A stretch of 64,000 bases of DNA from an uncultured Candidatus Saccharibacteria bacterium (GCA_964357615.1 CAYHMC010000002.1:71481-135480); one strand, 5' to 3'; shown: positions 20,518 through 31,800, counted from the stretch's first letter. Notes: generated by a model not told the origin, from the letters alone. Numbers and translations: made by a program.

Positions 20518-21774
20518 TTAATCTTTAATAATTCTCGGCATATTTGGAAGCGGAACAATATATGTTCCCTTAAATCCAAATTCTGAAGACAAATATTTAA
20601 CAACTTCGTCAGTAAAATTCCAAGCCATAAGAAAAATTGCGGTAGGCTGTTCACTCATAACAACTTCTGGACTCTCAATTAAAATATGACTTCCTGCGGT
20701 ATAAAGTTTTTGTTTAAGTTCGTTTTTATCAGCAACCATTGCTACAGTAGAAGAATCGATACCACAAAAATTAAGCAAAGTAGAACTTCTGGCTGAGGCA
20801 CCATACCCCATAATTTTTCCACCAGACTTTTGAATTTCTTTTAAAATATTATTTAATTTTTCTTTATGAACAATTGAATCACTCGCAAATTTATTCCAAG
20901 ATTCAAATTTGTTAATGCCCATATCTTCCTCCATCTTTCGAAAATTTATTAAATTCTCAGTTTCGACTGTTTTTGTTTTTTTAGCAAAAACGATTATAGA
21001 TCCTCCACTTATAGGACTCTTAGCAATATCAAACAAATAAAGTCCTTGTTTGTTTAATAAATTCTCCAAGCTTTTCAATGTGAAATAACAAAGATGCTCG
21101 TGATATATAGAGTCATAATGTAATTCTTCTAAAATTATCTTTGCATAGTGAGCTTCAACAGCCACTATGCCATCCTCACCCACGGAAGTTGCTAAGCCAG
21201 CCACAAAATCTTTGGTATTTGCAACATGAGGCAATACATTTCTAGCAAAGACAGCAGAAGCTTTACCTTTTCTAGAAGTAACCTCACTAGCCACTACATT
21301 TCCAAAAAAAGAACATTCAGTAGGAATTCCATCTTTTACTGCAATATCAGCAATATTTCGCGCTGGGTCTATTCCTAAAACCTTATAACCACGATTAACG
21401 AACGGCTTTAAAAAAGTACCATCATTTGAAGCGATTTCCATAATATAGCCATCTTTATTTTCTTTGATTTGCTTTATAAGATTATCCGCAAATGTTTCAG
21501 AAAAATCTTTTGCCACACCAGATGTTCCCGTTACCCACACATAATTGCTAAACAATATTTTTGGGTCAATCGTATGGTTTAGTTGAACTAAACTACAATC
21601 GTTACAAAAACTAAGCGATAGAGGATATTTTTTTTCAAATTCATCCTTGCTTTTAAGCAATGAATTTGCAAGTGGTTGGTCGCCCAAATCAAAAAAGGGA
21701 GTTATTGAGGCTGACCCACAAGCTCGACATTCTGAAATTTTTGACACTTCATTGTATGATGTATTATTTTCCAT
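20518..21774 (-). CDS. SAM-dependent NDP-hexose C3-methyltransferase
   Basis: CRAC...CNDC Zn site, EIASNDG, YHEH, GYGA. Confidence 0.9.
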   Translation of the reverse strand: MENNTSYNEVSKISECRACGSASITPFFDLGDQPLANSLLKSKDEFEKKYPLSLSFCNDCSLVQLNHTIDPKILFSNYVWVTGTSGVAKDFSETFADNLIKQIKENKDGYIMEIASNDGTFLKPFVNRGYKVLGIDPARNIADIAVKDGIPTECSFFGNVVASEVTSRKGKASAVFARNVLPHVANTKDFVAGLATSVGEDGIVAVEAHYAKIILEELHYDSIYHEHLCYFTLKSLENLLNKQGLYLFDIAKSPISGGSIIVFAKKTKTVETENLINFRKMEEDMGINKFESWNKFASDSIVHKEKLNNILKEIQKSGGKIMGYGASARSSTLLNFCGIDSSTVAMVADKNELKQKLYTAGSHILIESPEVVMSEQPTAIFLMAWNFTDEVVKYLSSEFGFKGTYIVPLPNMPRIIKD

Positions 21775-21828
21775 TTTTTATTCTCTATATATTAAAACTT
21801 TTTAATGAATTAAGCAAAACTAAAATAT

Positions 21829-22239
21829 TCAATCCACTGTTTTAAAAGTATAATTTTTGTGACTATAAAAGCTAAAGCCAGCAATTGACGCAAGAGCAAA
21901 TAATTTAGCATAAATATACCAAAGTCCAAAATTTTCAACTAACAAATACATTATAATTTGATTTGCTAGTAGTCCTGTTGTTGCAACAGTTAAAAATATG
22001 GAAAATTGCGAAAACAAACGCTTACTTTTATTTTTAAAATTAAATACCTTATTAAGTGAAAAATTAACAGTAACACTTATTACATATGAAATTGCAGCTG
22101 AGTATAAATACCAAATTCCCACAATGGTTGTTAGCGCGTAAAGAATTCCTAAATCGACCACAACGGCGATGCCAGCAAAGAAAGCATATCCGAAAAATAA
22201 TTTTATGTTATCTTGAATTATTTTAGTTATTTTTTCCAT
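21829..22239 (-). CDS. GtrA family flippase-like protein
   Basis: 136 aa, 4 TM segments, VD.G, NF.LNK.F.F, AK motifs. Confidence 0.9.
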   Translation of the reverse strand: MEKITKIIQDNIKLFFGYAFFAGIAVVVDLGILYALTTIVGIWYLYSAAISYVISVTVNFSLNKVFNFKNKSKRLFSQFSIFLTVATTGLLANQIIMYLLVENFGLWYIYAKLFALASIAGFSFYSHKNYTFKTVD

Positions 22240-22288
22240 ATTTTAAATTACTGCTAAAAGGTAAAAAATATTACAATGTCCGAAACTA

Positions 22289-24097
22289 TTATAACAACTT
22301 TTCTGCGACCTTCATTGCCCAAACGCGAGACCAATGCGTGCCAGCATTTAAACTATTTTCAGTACCAGAAATTGATTTGTTGTCGCCTAACCATTCCTTA
22401 AACGGAAATGTAAAACCCATTTTGGGGCGATTATAAATTGCTTTCGGCAAATCTAGAGAAAGCGCATCAATTAAAAGTTGTTTTTTATATTTACCATCTA
22501 ATTTCAGTGCTACTGGGAGTGAGCTTAAATATTCTACCAGAATATGATCTAAAAATGGCACCCTGATTTCAATTGAATGATACATCGCCATAAAATCTGA
22601 ATCTTTAAGAAGTTGATTTTGAAGATAAAACTTGAGTTCTAAATATGAAAGTAGATTTGCTGGATGTAATTTATTTATAGCACCTGAAGACAACTCATAA
22701 ATTTCAGAAATTGATGCGATATAATCATAAACTTCTTTTTCAGAAATTTTTAATATTTTAGCTACCATCTTAGGCGCGAATAATCCACGAATAGACAGAT
22801 AAAAATTAAGTGGGTCGTTATATTTAAGATAATTTAATTTAGAATATCTATCTCCTAGGTTGCTAAATAATGTAAGTGGTAATTGAGTTATGAAATTAAA
22901 TTTCTGGATTTGTCTTAAAAACTTAGCTTTTTTGAAACTATTATACCCAAAAAATACTTCATCGGCTCCAAGTCCAGAAAGAACGGCTTTTAATCCTGCT
23001 TTCTTTGCCGCTTCTGCAACAAAATAAGTGTTAACCCCATCAATAGTTGGCTCATCCATAGCTTCCCAAACATTACCTAGCGAATTCTCAAAGTCTTCTT
23101 TTCGAACATTGTATTCATGATGTTCGCTTTTTATTTGTTTAGAAATAATTTCTTGATATTTTTTTTCAGAGTACGCTTCTTCATCAAAAGTAATTGATAA
23201 AGTTGTAAGCGATTCCTTCCTAATTTTAGAAGCCATTATCGAAAGTGCGCTTGAGTCTACTCCTCCACTCAAAAAAACTCCAAGTGGCGCATCGCTAATC
23301 ATATGAAGCCTAACTGATTCTGAAAGTAAATCTCTAACTTTATTACTTTCAAGTAATGCATTATTTTGATTATTTTCAGATTTATTTTCGCAAAAATAAT
23401 CCAATGGGTCATAATATTTTACAATTTTATCATTCCCATTTAAGTCTCTCTCTAAATAGTGTCCGGCAGGAACTCCGAATATATTTTTAACTGAAGTCTG
23501 TGGCATTGGTATAGAACCAAACAACAAAAAACCTATGGGTGCAGTTTTATTTTTAGAAACTTCAATAATTCCACTCGACTTAAGTGCTTTTACGGTGGAT
23601 GCAAATACAATTTTTTCAACATCAGAAAAATAGTATAGTGGCTTAATGCCGTAACGATCTTTAACTAAATAAAGTTTTTTATGTTTATCATCCCAAAGAC
23701 CAAAAGCAAACATTCCGCGAAGTTTACTGAATGATTCTACTCCCCACACATCATAGGCACACAAAATCACCTCTGTGTCAGTTTTAGTACGAAATTGATA
23801 ACCTTTTTTCTGAAGTTCTGCGCGTAATTCCAAAAAATTATAAATTTCTCCGTTAAAAGTAATCCAATTTTCATAATTTTTAGAGCGACTACTACACTTC
23901 ATAGGCTGATGTCCAGCACTCGACAAATCTTGAAAAGAAAGACGCGTATGCCCAAAAACCAAATTCAAATTTTCATTCAATAAAAAACCGCGGTCATCTG
24001 GACCACGACGGCTATGAGCTAAATTCATACGCTCAATTATTTCCTCCAATTCCTTGCCTTTTCTACCATTTATTATTGCGCCAGAGATTCCACACAT
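22289..24097 (-). CDS. asnB: Asparagine synthase (glutamine-hydrolysing) family amidotransferase
   Basis: MCGI N-terminus, RGPD, FNGEIYN, LSGGVDS, RVPFLD. Confidence 0.9.
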   Translation of the reverse strand: MCGISGAIINGRKGKELEEIIERMNLAHSRRGPDDRGFLLNENLNLVFGHTRLSFQDLSSAGHQPMKCSSRSKNYENWITFNGEIYNFLELRAELQKKGYQFRTKTDTEVILCAYDVWGVESFSKLRGMFAFGLWDDKHKKLYLVKDRYGIKPLYYFSDVEKIVFASTVKALKSSGIIEVSKNKTAPIGFLLFGSIPMPQTSVKNIFGVPAGHYLERDLNGNDKIVKYYDPLDYFCENKSENNQNNALLESNKVRDLLSESVRLHMISDAPLGVFLSGGVDSSALSIMASKIRKESLTTLSITFDEEAYSEKKYQEIISKQIKSEHHEYNVRKEDFENSLGNVWEAMDEPTIDGVNTYFVAEAAKKAGLKAVLSGLGADEVFFGYNSFKKAKFLRQIQKFNFITQLPLTLFSNLGDRYSKLNYLKYNDPLNFYLSIRGLFAPKMVAKILKISEKEVYDYIASISEIYELSSGAINKLHPANLLSYLELKFYLQNQLLKDSDFMAMYHSIEIRVPFLDHILVEYLSSLPVALKLDGKYKKQLLIDALSLDLPKAIYNRPKMGFTFPFKEWLGDNKSISGTENSLNAGTHWSRVWAMKVAEKLL

Positions 24098-24139
24098 AAC
24101 CTTATTAAAGCATCAAAATAAAGCCATGTTAAGGCCTTT

Positions 24140-24748
24140 CTATTTCATTTTGCTTATAATTTCAGTAACTCGATTATCATCATAAACTTCTATAATCCTA
24201 TCTCCAAGCAAGTTAGCTCCGGCTTTATCTCCGACTAAAACATATAAATCAAAGAGGGTATAAAGAAATATTTGCCTGTCTGGGCTATGTTTTAAACCAA
24301 GCTGATATAATGTCACTGCTTTGTCGTAATGTTTTTTATCATTTAAGACTAGGGCTACATCACGATTAATTGTGGCGTAATTATAAATTATTTGACTAAA
24401 ACTAAAACCAGTTCCTCTTTCTATAATTGGCTCAGCCCATTTTTCGGCATTACTCGCTAAGTATTTAATGATTTCTAAGTTTGGTTTTTCTTTGCCCTTC
24501 TCTTGATTTATAAGACTCGAAATTAAATCTAAATAATTTGAAACTAATTCGTCTTGCCCAACAGGAGAATTAGTCGATAAAATTCCGTCATATAAATCGT
24601 TAAATTGTTTTATATCATTAACTTCGGTTTGGCGAGCTCTTATATAAATACTTGCCTTATGAAACGGCAATAACGAACCATAGTAAATAAGTCCGACTAA
24701 AAAAATCGAAAGTAAAATTGAAATTATTTGACGATATAATTGATTCAT
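24140..24748 (-). CDS. Single-TM TPR-like protein, matching the C-terminal module of an O-antigen-ligase-like protein
   Basis: LIYYGSLLPFHKASIY and HSPDRQ..Y.L align by eye to the C-terminal part of 26180..28540. Confidence 0.65.
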   Translation of the reverse strand: MNQLYRQIISILLSIFLVGLIYYGSLLPFHKASIYIRARQTEVNDIKQFNDLYDGILSTNSPVGQDELVSNYLDLISSLINQEKGKEKPNLEIIKYLASNAEKWAEPIIERGTGFSFSQIIYNYATINRDVALVLNDKKHYDKAVTLYQLGLKHSPDRQIFLYTLFDLYVLVGDKAGANLLGDRIIEVYDDNRVTEIISKMK

Positions 24749-24764
24749 ATTTTATACTTAAAAA

Positions 24765-26147
24765 TTATTTTCCCTGATTTAATTTCCATTCTACAAAAGC
24801 CAAAAACAAGAACAGATTTATATAAATTGGAAGAACATCGAATAAAACAATGCCCTGAACAAGATACGCTATTGGAACAGCAAAAATTAATGCCCTAACT
24901 ATTGAAAGTTGTAAATCGCTTAAGTCAGAAATTGATCCATATTTTTTATGGTCAACTACATGATGCTTATCGTTAATTTCAAATTTATTTTTCCAATGTT
25001 TTTTAAAGAATTGAAAATACAATACTGCAAATATTCCAACAAAAGCTGATAACCCCATAATGCCACTGAAAACTAAATAATCGAAGAAAATATTATGTGC
25101 TCTGTCAAACCAAACAGTGTGTACTGGATTATAATATTTTTCAAAAGCAATACTGAAATTTTCTGGTCCCCATCCAAAAATTGGCCTTTCTTTCCAGGCT
25201 TCAATTGCCTGCCCCCAAAGCGCAAAACGAGTATTGATGGTAGCTCCACTTATTGAAACATCTAAAATACGGTTAGCCCCTGCACCACACCAAGGAGCAA
25301 GATTAATATGTTGTCTAAAATAAATACCACTTAACCCCAACCCGACAAGACCAAGTGCCATTAAAAATGCATAGATTCTCCATTTATGCTTAGGGAGCGA
25401 AAAAGACATATAAAACATTCCCAAAATAGTTCCCGCTCCCAAACCCAAAAAACCACCCCTCGTTTGAGACAATGTTAAAAATGCGAAAAAGAATAATACT
25501 AAAAGAATTAAAAATGGAAGTATGATGGTTTTCCAATTCTTAGACTTCCAATTTCCAGATGCAATAAAATACATAACATAAAATAAAAGGAAAATGGACA
25601 ATGTTCCAATATAAGCTGGATTTCCTAAAGAACCCGCAAATCTATCACAAATATCATTACCAACCACCCCCCTCACATTCATGGCGCCTAATATTCCGTA
25701 GAACATAACAAAAATTCCAGAAATTATGGACAATCTAAAAATATGTCTCCAATCTTTTTCATTAGAAAAAAGTGCTAGTAATAAAATAAAATATACATAA
25801 AAATGCAACATTAAAAATGAACCTTCGCCTCTTTCAAAGTTTGACCAAAAAGACGCACTTGGGTTTACACCAGTAAAACCAGAAAGTGTAAACAAAAAAA
25901 CAAATGCTGTAACAGCAATAACCAAGGGACTCTTAAACCAATCAAACAATAACTTCTTTAAATCTAGCTTATTAGAGCTAAACCCTATGCCAAGTATAAA
26001 AGATATAAGAGCAAGTTCAATAACTATTTTAAAAAATGTATATTTCCCAACTATAAAAGGAAATAGCGTCGAAGTGCTAACTATAACAAGACTAAACGGG
26101 GCAATAAAAAGAAGAATTTTTGAAAAATTAAATAAATTTGAATGCAT
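24765..26147 (-). CDS. O-antigen ligase / O-oligosaccharyltransferase (Wzy_C) family
   Basis: ERGEG, GNP, TRGG, RP.FGWGPENF, DRAHN. Confidence 0.9.
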   Translation of the reverse strand: MHSNLFNFSKILLFIAPFSLVIVSTSTLFPFIVGKYTFFKIVIELALISFILGIGFSSNKLDLKKLLFDWFKSPLVIAVTAFVFLFTLSGFTGVNPSASFWSNFERGEGSFLMLHFYVYFILLLALFSNEKDWRHIFRLSIISGIFVMFYGILGAMNVRGVVGNDICDRFAGSLGNPAYIGTLSIFLLFYVMYFIASGNWKSKNWKTIILPFLILLVLFFFAFLTLSQTRGGFLGLGAGTILGMFYMSFSLPKHKWRIYAFLMALGLVGLGLSGIYFRQHINLAPWCGAGANRILDVSISGATINTRFALWGQAIEAWKERPIFGWGPENFSIAFEKYYNPVHTVWFDRAHNIFFDYLVFSGIMGLSAFVGIFAVLYFQFFKKHWKNKFEINDKHHVVDHKKYGSISDLSDLQLSIVRALIFAVPIAYLVQGIVLFDVLPIYINLFLFLAFVEWKLNQGK

Positions 26148-26179
26148 ATATTATGCTTTTAAATAACTATTTACGATAT

Positions 26180-28540
26180 TTATATGTTCTTAAGTATATC
26201 CCATTCATTTTTCTCTGCCAAATCTATAAAAATCTCCATATCATCCTTTAAGTCACTGAACTTTGTTAGATATTTTGCTGTAAGAATAAAATTTTCTTTA
26301 TCTTGTTTGTCTCTAAAATCTACCAAAGCATTTCGATAATAATTCCTATCAAATTCATATGGTATTTCATTTCTTATACTTTTTTTAATAAGCTCGAGAA
26401 CTTTATCACCTTCTCCAAACGAAGTGTAAAGCAAAATTAAACTGTTAAAATCTGAACCGAAAAAATTATTGTAAGATGGTTTAATTTCTTCTACTTTCTT
26501 AAGCGCTTCTTTTGATTTTTGAGTTTCGTTAGAAATAGCATAAATTACTGCCGCATTCATATAGCTCCTAGGAACATCCGGACTAAGGGCTATGGCTTTC
26601 TCCGAAACTTCCATGGCGTCAGCGAACTTATCTTGTCCCACTAAACTGAATGCTAAATGATAATATAAATCTTGTCTTTTTGGTGACCTCTCTATTGCAT
26701 CAAGCATGAGTTTTTCTATCTGACTGTTAATTTCAGATACCTTTGGGTCTCCATCTTCGTAAGTTCGTGCAATTTCAGCAAGCATTTGTCCTTCACGAAT
26801 ATGAAAGCGAACATCGTAAGGCTCAACTTCAACCACCTCATGAATAGATTTTACGAGCAAGTCAGTAAGTTTTGAGAAAGATTTTTCAGATAAAATTCTC
26901 TGGTTATAAAAATAATTTTGCATATAAAGCGCATCTATACCTGACCCGCGTAGAGATGTTTGCGCAAAATTATATGGATAAAGTGCGGTGTTTAATAACT
27001 CATAAGTTCTCTCGATGTCTTTGCCTTTTGGAGAAGTCATATAAAGCTTTGCTTGGGCATATGGAATTAGGTTGAAATAATACAAAGAAGCAACCATGGT
27101 AATTCCAACTATCAAAGATAAGCCAATAACAACAAGCCCTTCATTGGCCTTTCTTAAAGTTAATGAGCTTGAATTAATCCCTTTATCTCCCTCAGCATAC
27201 GCAACAATAAAAGCAAACAAACAAAAGAAAGTAATGTTAGAAATAATTTGGTCAAACAAAAATAAATTCTGGACAAAATAAGCAGTGACTCCAGCCATAA
27301 GAACAATGGATAAGGCAATATTTTCTTTATAAATACGCTTTAAAATAAAATAAAAAATAGAGGAAATAAAACCCAAATACAGAATAAGCCCTAATAACCC
27401 CTGCATAACTAATACATCAAAGAGTTTATTATGAGCCCTATCCAGCCAAGTATCTCCATAATTAGAATATGCTGGGTCATAATATTTTTCATAGGCATTT
27501 AAATAATTTTCAGGCCCCCAACCAAATAATGGCCTTTCTTTAAAGGCCTCATAACTTACGCCCCAAGTAAGCAGACGAAACTGTGTCGACGAATCACTTA
27601 GCGAAAAAGCTTTTGTATTCGCTAACCTATTTAATCCAGGAATGCCTTTCCAGATATCTGCATTTCTTGTTCCAAAAAATAATAGGCCAAATGCGATAAA
27701 AATAATAAGCAAATATCTGCTAAAATTTTTCAAAGAATAGTTACTGAGAAATATATTTTTTTTGCTAAATGATAAGTAAAACAAAATGAACAAAAGACCA
27801 ATTCCAGCCCCCAAAATAGCTCCACGAGTTCCCGTTAAAAAAATTGTTGTTAGAAATAACGCCAAAAAAATAATTAAAATGTAAATGTGGTTTTTCTTTC
27901 CGTGCACTATACTAAGTCTCATTTTTTTACCATCTACATCGCTTTTCAAAAACAACGAAATTAATGATGCCCCAAAAATCATTATGAAAATTAGATGCGT
28001 TGCAAGAAACGCAGGATTTCCAATTGTTGAAGTTGCGCGCCCCTGAAAATCTATAGTTGGGTTTATAAATTGGTAAAAAGAGTGAAGTGATAAAAATAAA
28101 CCGGAAAGCAAAAATATTGCTAAATATCTAACCCAATCTTTTTTTTCAAAAACTAAATACAAAAGTAAAAAATAGGCTACGAAGTGAAGCATACCAAAAA
28201 CTCCTTCACCGCGCTCAAAAGACCCCCAAAACGCTCTATAGATATTATCTGCAAATAAAGTACTTACAACATAAGAAAGCAAGTATAAAGTTAAAAATAT
28301 GGAAATCGGATTTTTATACAGTGACTTAAAACGACTATATGTTGCTTTTTTTACATCACTTGAAGCTAATGAGATATAAACAACAAATAGTAATACAGCA
28401 ACTTCTACCAGAGCTCGAAAAAGTATTATTCTGGGCAGAGTTAATGGCAAAATTACGCTACTTGAATAAAATAAAGCCGCAAAAGGAATAGATAAAAGGA
28501 TTATTTTAATAAGAAAACGGTTCACTCCTAGGATAAACAT
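26180..28540 (-). CDS. O-antigen ligase family protein with C-terminal TPRs
   Basis: ERGEG, GNP, TRGA, GWGPENY, DRAHN, then TPR-like helices. Confidence 0.9.
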   Translation of the reverse strand: MFILGVNRFLIKIILLSIPFAALFYSSSVILPLTLPRIILFRALVEVAVLLFVVYISLASSDVKKATYSRFKSLYKNPISIFLTLYLLSYVVSTLFADNIYRAFWGSFERGEGVFGMLHFVAYFLLLYLVFEKKDWVRYLAIFLLSGLFLSLHSFYQFINPTIDFQGRATSTIGNPAFLATHLIFIMIFGASLISLFLKSDVDGKKMRLSIVHGKKNHIYILIIFLALFLTTIFLTGTRGAILGAGIGLLFILFYLSFSKKNIFLSNYSLKNFSRYLLIIFIAFGLLFFGTRNADIWKGIPGLNRLANTKAFSLSDSSTQFRLLTWGVSYEAFKERPLFGWGPENYLNAYEKYYDPAYSNYGDTWLDRAHNKLFDVLVMQGLLGLILYLGFISSIFYFILKRIYKENIALSIVLMAGVTAYFVQNLFLFDQIISNITFFCLFAFIVAYAEGDKGINSSSLTLRKANEGLVVIGLSLIVGITMVASLYYFNLIPYAQAKLYMTSPKGKDIERTYELLNTALYPYNFAQTSLRGSGIDALYMQNYFYNQRILSEKSFSKLTDLLVKSIHEVVEVEPYDVRFHIREGQMLAEIARTYEDGDPKVSEINSQIEKLMLDAIERSPKRQDLYYHLAFSLVGQDKFADAMEVSEKAIALSPDVPRSYMNAAVIYAISNETQKSKEALKKVEEIKPSYNNFFGSDFNSLILLYTSFGEGDKVLELIKKSIRNEIPYEFDRNYYRNALVDFRDKQDKENFILTAKYLTKFSDLKDDMEIFIDLAEKNEWDILKNI

Positions 28541-28603
28541 ATAGAGACAATAATAAGCTTTTACTCACAATTTTTCAAATAAGAGTTCCTCTATTTTATC
28601 ACG

Positions 28604-28731
28604 CAGAACCGTCCTCAATTTTTTCCAGCGAAAAATTGGGACTTGGCTCCCTGCCTGCCGGCAGGCAGGTCGGCACAAAAATCCACCTAAGAGATGGAAC
28701 CAATCTTTTTGTGTCTAGGGGACACTTCTGC
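28604..28731. repeat. Nested palindromic intergenic element containing the perfect palindrome CCTGCCTGCCGGCAGGCAGG
   Basis: Outer GCAGAA/TTCTGC; inner hairpins CAATTTTT/AAAAATTG and GGCACAAAAA/TTTTTGTGTC; 20-bp palindrome at 28650-28669. Confidence 0.6.
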
Positions 28732-28770
28732 TTAAATAAAGCGCCGGAACAAATTAAGTCAAGGCTAAAA

Positions 28771-28801
28771 ACAAAAGAGCCCCGCAAGCGGGGCTCTTTG
28801 T
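28771..28801 (-). terminator. Strong intrinsic terminator of the S-layer-like gene
   Basis: AAAGAGCCCCGC-AA-GCGGGGCTCTTT with a T-tract on the minus strand. Confidence 0.85.
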
Positions 28802-28827
28802 TACCTGATAAGCATTCTCAAGATGCG

Positions 28828-31800
28828 TTATCGTGTAATTGTGACGGAATCTGATGGAAGTTGTTGCACTAACACGCTGTTTGCCCAATCTGCAGTCAAT
28901 TCTGTGTGAGCAGATACTGAGTAATCTGACCATACAAATGAATCTGATGCATCGTGAGCGCCCGATGTCAAAGCAATATCTCCATAAGTGCCGGTTGTTG
29001 CCGTAGTTTCAGCGCGATGTAGGTTAGTTGATACAGCTGCAGTTGCAGTTCCACCAACGATACCACTCACATCAGCCAATACAACGTACTCCTGTGAACT
29101 ACCAGCAGCAATTTCTTCTGCTGACGAAAGCACTATGGTTAAGTAACCTGTTGTGCCATTCTGTGGGTCAAGAGTCTGCGTTGACGTTGCGCCAGTTTCT
29201 GATGTTGCCATAAATGCTGAAGCAAGTGTCAAGTTTGTCTGTGAACCAGTAGTCCTTCTGATAAATACGTTAGCGGAAGTAGCTGCAGTGATTGATGCTC
29301 CTGTTACAGAGATTTTCAACTGCACTTTCTTCCACGCTACCTGACCAGAACCATTAGCCGCAACTGTAAACTTGATTATCTTCTTAGATCCTACGCCAAG
29401 TGTATCCAAGCCACTGCCTGATACAGAAAGTGTTGGCTTTGTCTTGTAGACAATCTTTTGATTTCCAGATGCTGCTGAAATAGAGACATCTTTTGCAGTT
29501 TGTCCTTGTGCTTCAAATCCTGCTGCCATTATGTGCGCATAAAGATTTGTACCAAAGTCTGCTCCAGAACCACTCTGACCAATAGCTGGGATAACTCCCT
29601 TAACCGTTAAGACTTTAGAAACATCCTTCGTAATTACCATACCAAGGTTTTCAACAATGGCGATAGAAGACGATGCGCCCGAAGCCTGAACAGAGTAACC
29701 AGAAGTTGCTCCAATTTGTGTACTACCAACAAACAACTTAATTGCTGTAACATCATCTGTTGTAGCAGTTGTTGTTGCTGTCTGGCTAGTAGAAGAGCTT
29801 ACCAAAATATGAAGTTTATTAACTGTCATATCTTCGTTTGTGGTATCGAATTTAAAGTTAGCAAGAATTACTTCTTGGCCAGCCATTACGAGACCAGCTT
29901 CTGAATCAGAATTATCAGCTGCTTTAACAACAGTAACATTTCCAACAGTTGTAACAGTTACGAGAACTGTCTGAACTCCGTTTGGATTTGTTCCAGATGG
30001 AGTAACAGTATTACCGTTTGAATCAACTGCGCTAACATCGGTTGTGATGTCAGAAATCTTAACCACAAACACATCGGTGTCGGTCATATCGTTTGAGATA
30101 CTTCCTTTAACTACAAGTGTTTTGGTTTCACCCTTGGCGATTGAAAGATTCAATCCATTGAATGTTGCTGTTAAATCAGACGAATCCAATGATTTGGTAT
30201 CTCCAATCTGAGTGTCGCCATCATAAAGCTTGAGGTTAGTCACTTCGCCAGAGGTTAATGTACCAGTGGTTGATGATGCCTTAATCTTTATGGAGCTAAC
30301 TTTAACTGTGTCAGCTGTTGCTCGCAAGCTAATTCCAACCAAATTCTTGTTCGCTGAACCTTGTACTAAGGTTTGAGAAGAAGGATCGGATGAAAGCTGA
30401 ACTTCAAGAGCTGGAGTCTGAACTGTATGTTGGTTTCCAGAAATATTAGTGCTTGGCACTATTGCTCCAGTTGCAACAAATTGGTTGTTATCCAAGTTCT
30501 TGATGTCGGAAGCTCCGAATGCAGCGAGTTTAACAGTGATTGTATCACCATTGTCATTTTGTGGATCAATGTCAGCTGTTATCTTAAATGTCTTTGAAGT
30601 TCCGGCTGCCATTGTAAACACATCAGTGAAAACTTGATTCGTTGATGTAACATTTCCGCTTATATCAACCGCGCTAGTTACAACGCTGTTATTTGATGTA
30701 TCCCAAATCTTCAAGTCATTAAATCCTTCTCCTGAGATAAGATTTGTGGTTGAAGCATCTACTCTCCAGTTTCTGATTTCAATTGAATTCTTAGTTGCAA
30801 TTGTGAAGTTGAATAATTCAACATCTGTAGCATTTACAGCTACATCACCAGAAATAGGACCGTTGAATGTGATTGTTACATCACCTCCCTTTAGTTCAAC
30901 TGTTTGAGCTTCTGAAGATGAATCAAGGTTTGAAATATCATTCATGATGTTAAAGCCATAAGTTAAACCTTTTGCCTTAATATCTGAAGATGCATCAAAA
31001 TACATCTTAATTTGATCACCAGACCTTGCTGTTCCTGCAACATTTGCATAGAGCTTAAAGGTCTTGTTTTGTCCCTTCTCTATTTTAAGAGGAGAAGCCA
31101 ATACGAGTGTTACTAAATCTTTTGCGCCAATTGAAGCTGCTGTTGCAACTGTTACATCATTTTGTTTCAAAACAAAACTTGATAAATTGGCGTTTGAGAT
31201 TGAACCACCCTGTGTCATAGCAATAGATTCAACATTGATATCTTCTGCACCTGACACTGTAATCTTAAATTCTGCTACTTGAACATTTGAAGCTCCTACG
31301 GTCGAACTTGAAAGTGCGCTAGCTACAATTGTAGTTGTCGCAACTCCAGATGTTTGACCTCCAATTTTCATAACATTACCCATAAGAGTTCCGCTTATAG
31401 AAGGAGTTCCGTCTGATGCAGAAAGTTGGAATGTATGCTCGTTACCAGCAGTTGCGGCTGATGCAACATCAATGGCAAGCCACAATGTGCGTGTTCCAGA
31501 AACTGAAAGTGCGAGATTAATAAAGGAAACTTCGTTTGTTGTTGAATTAATACTTCTACCAGAAGTTAATCGGGTTGCTCCTTCGTAGAGATATACATTT
31601 GAGACATCGGAGTTTGCTCCAATACCTGTTCTCTTAAAGGTTAATCCGTTTAATACTCCATTACCCATCACATTAAATTTCAAAACAGAAACTGCTGATG
31701 CACCCTTTGGCACTGTTGCGCTCATTGGGTTGTCAGAAGCTACCATTAATGAAAGATTTGTTCCTGGTACTGGGGTTGTTCCTGGTGTTGGTGTTACTAC

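Noticed and set aside
28599-28854. ORFs containing the peptide LPAGR on both strands
   Set aside because: Translations of the palindromic repeat and the terminator
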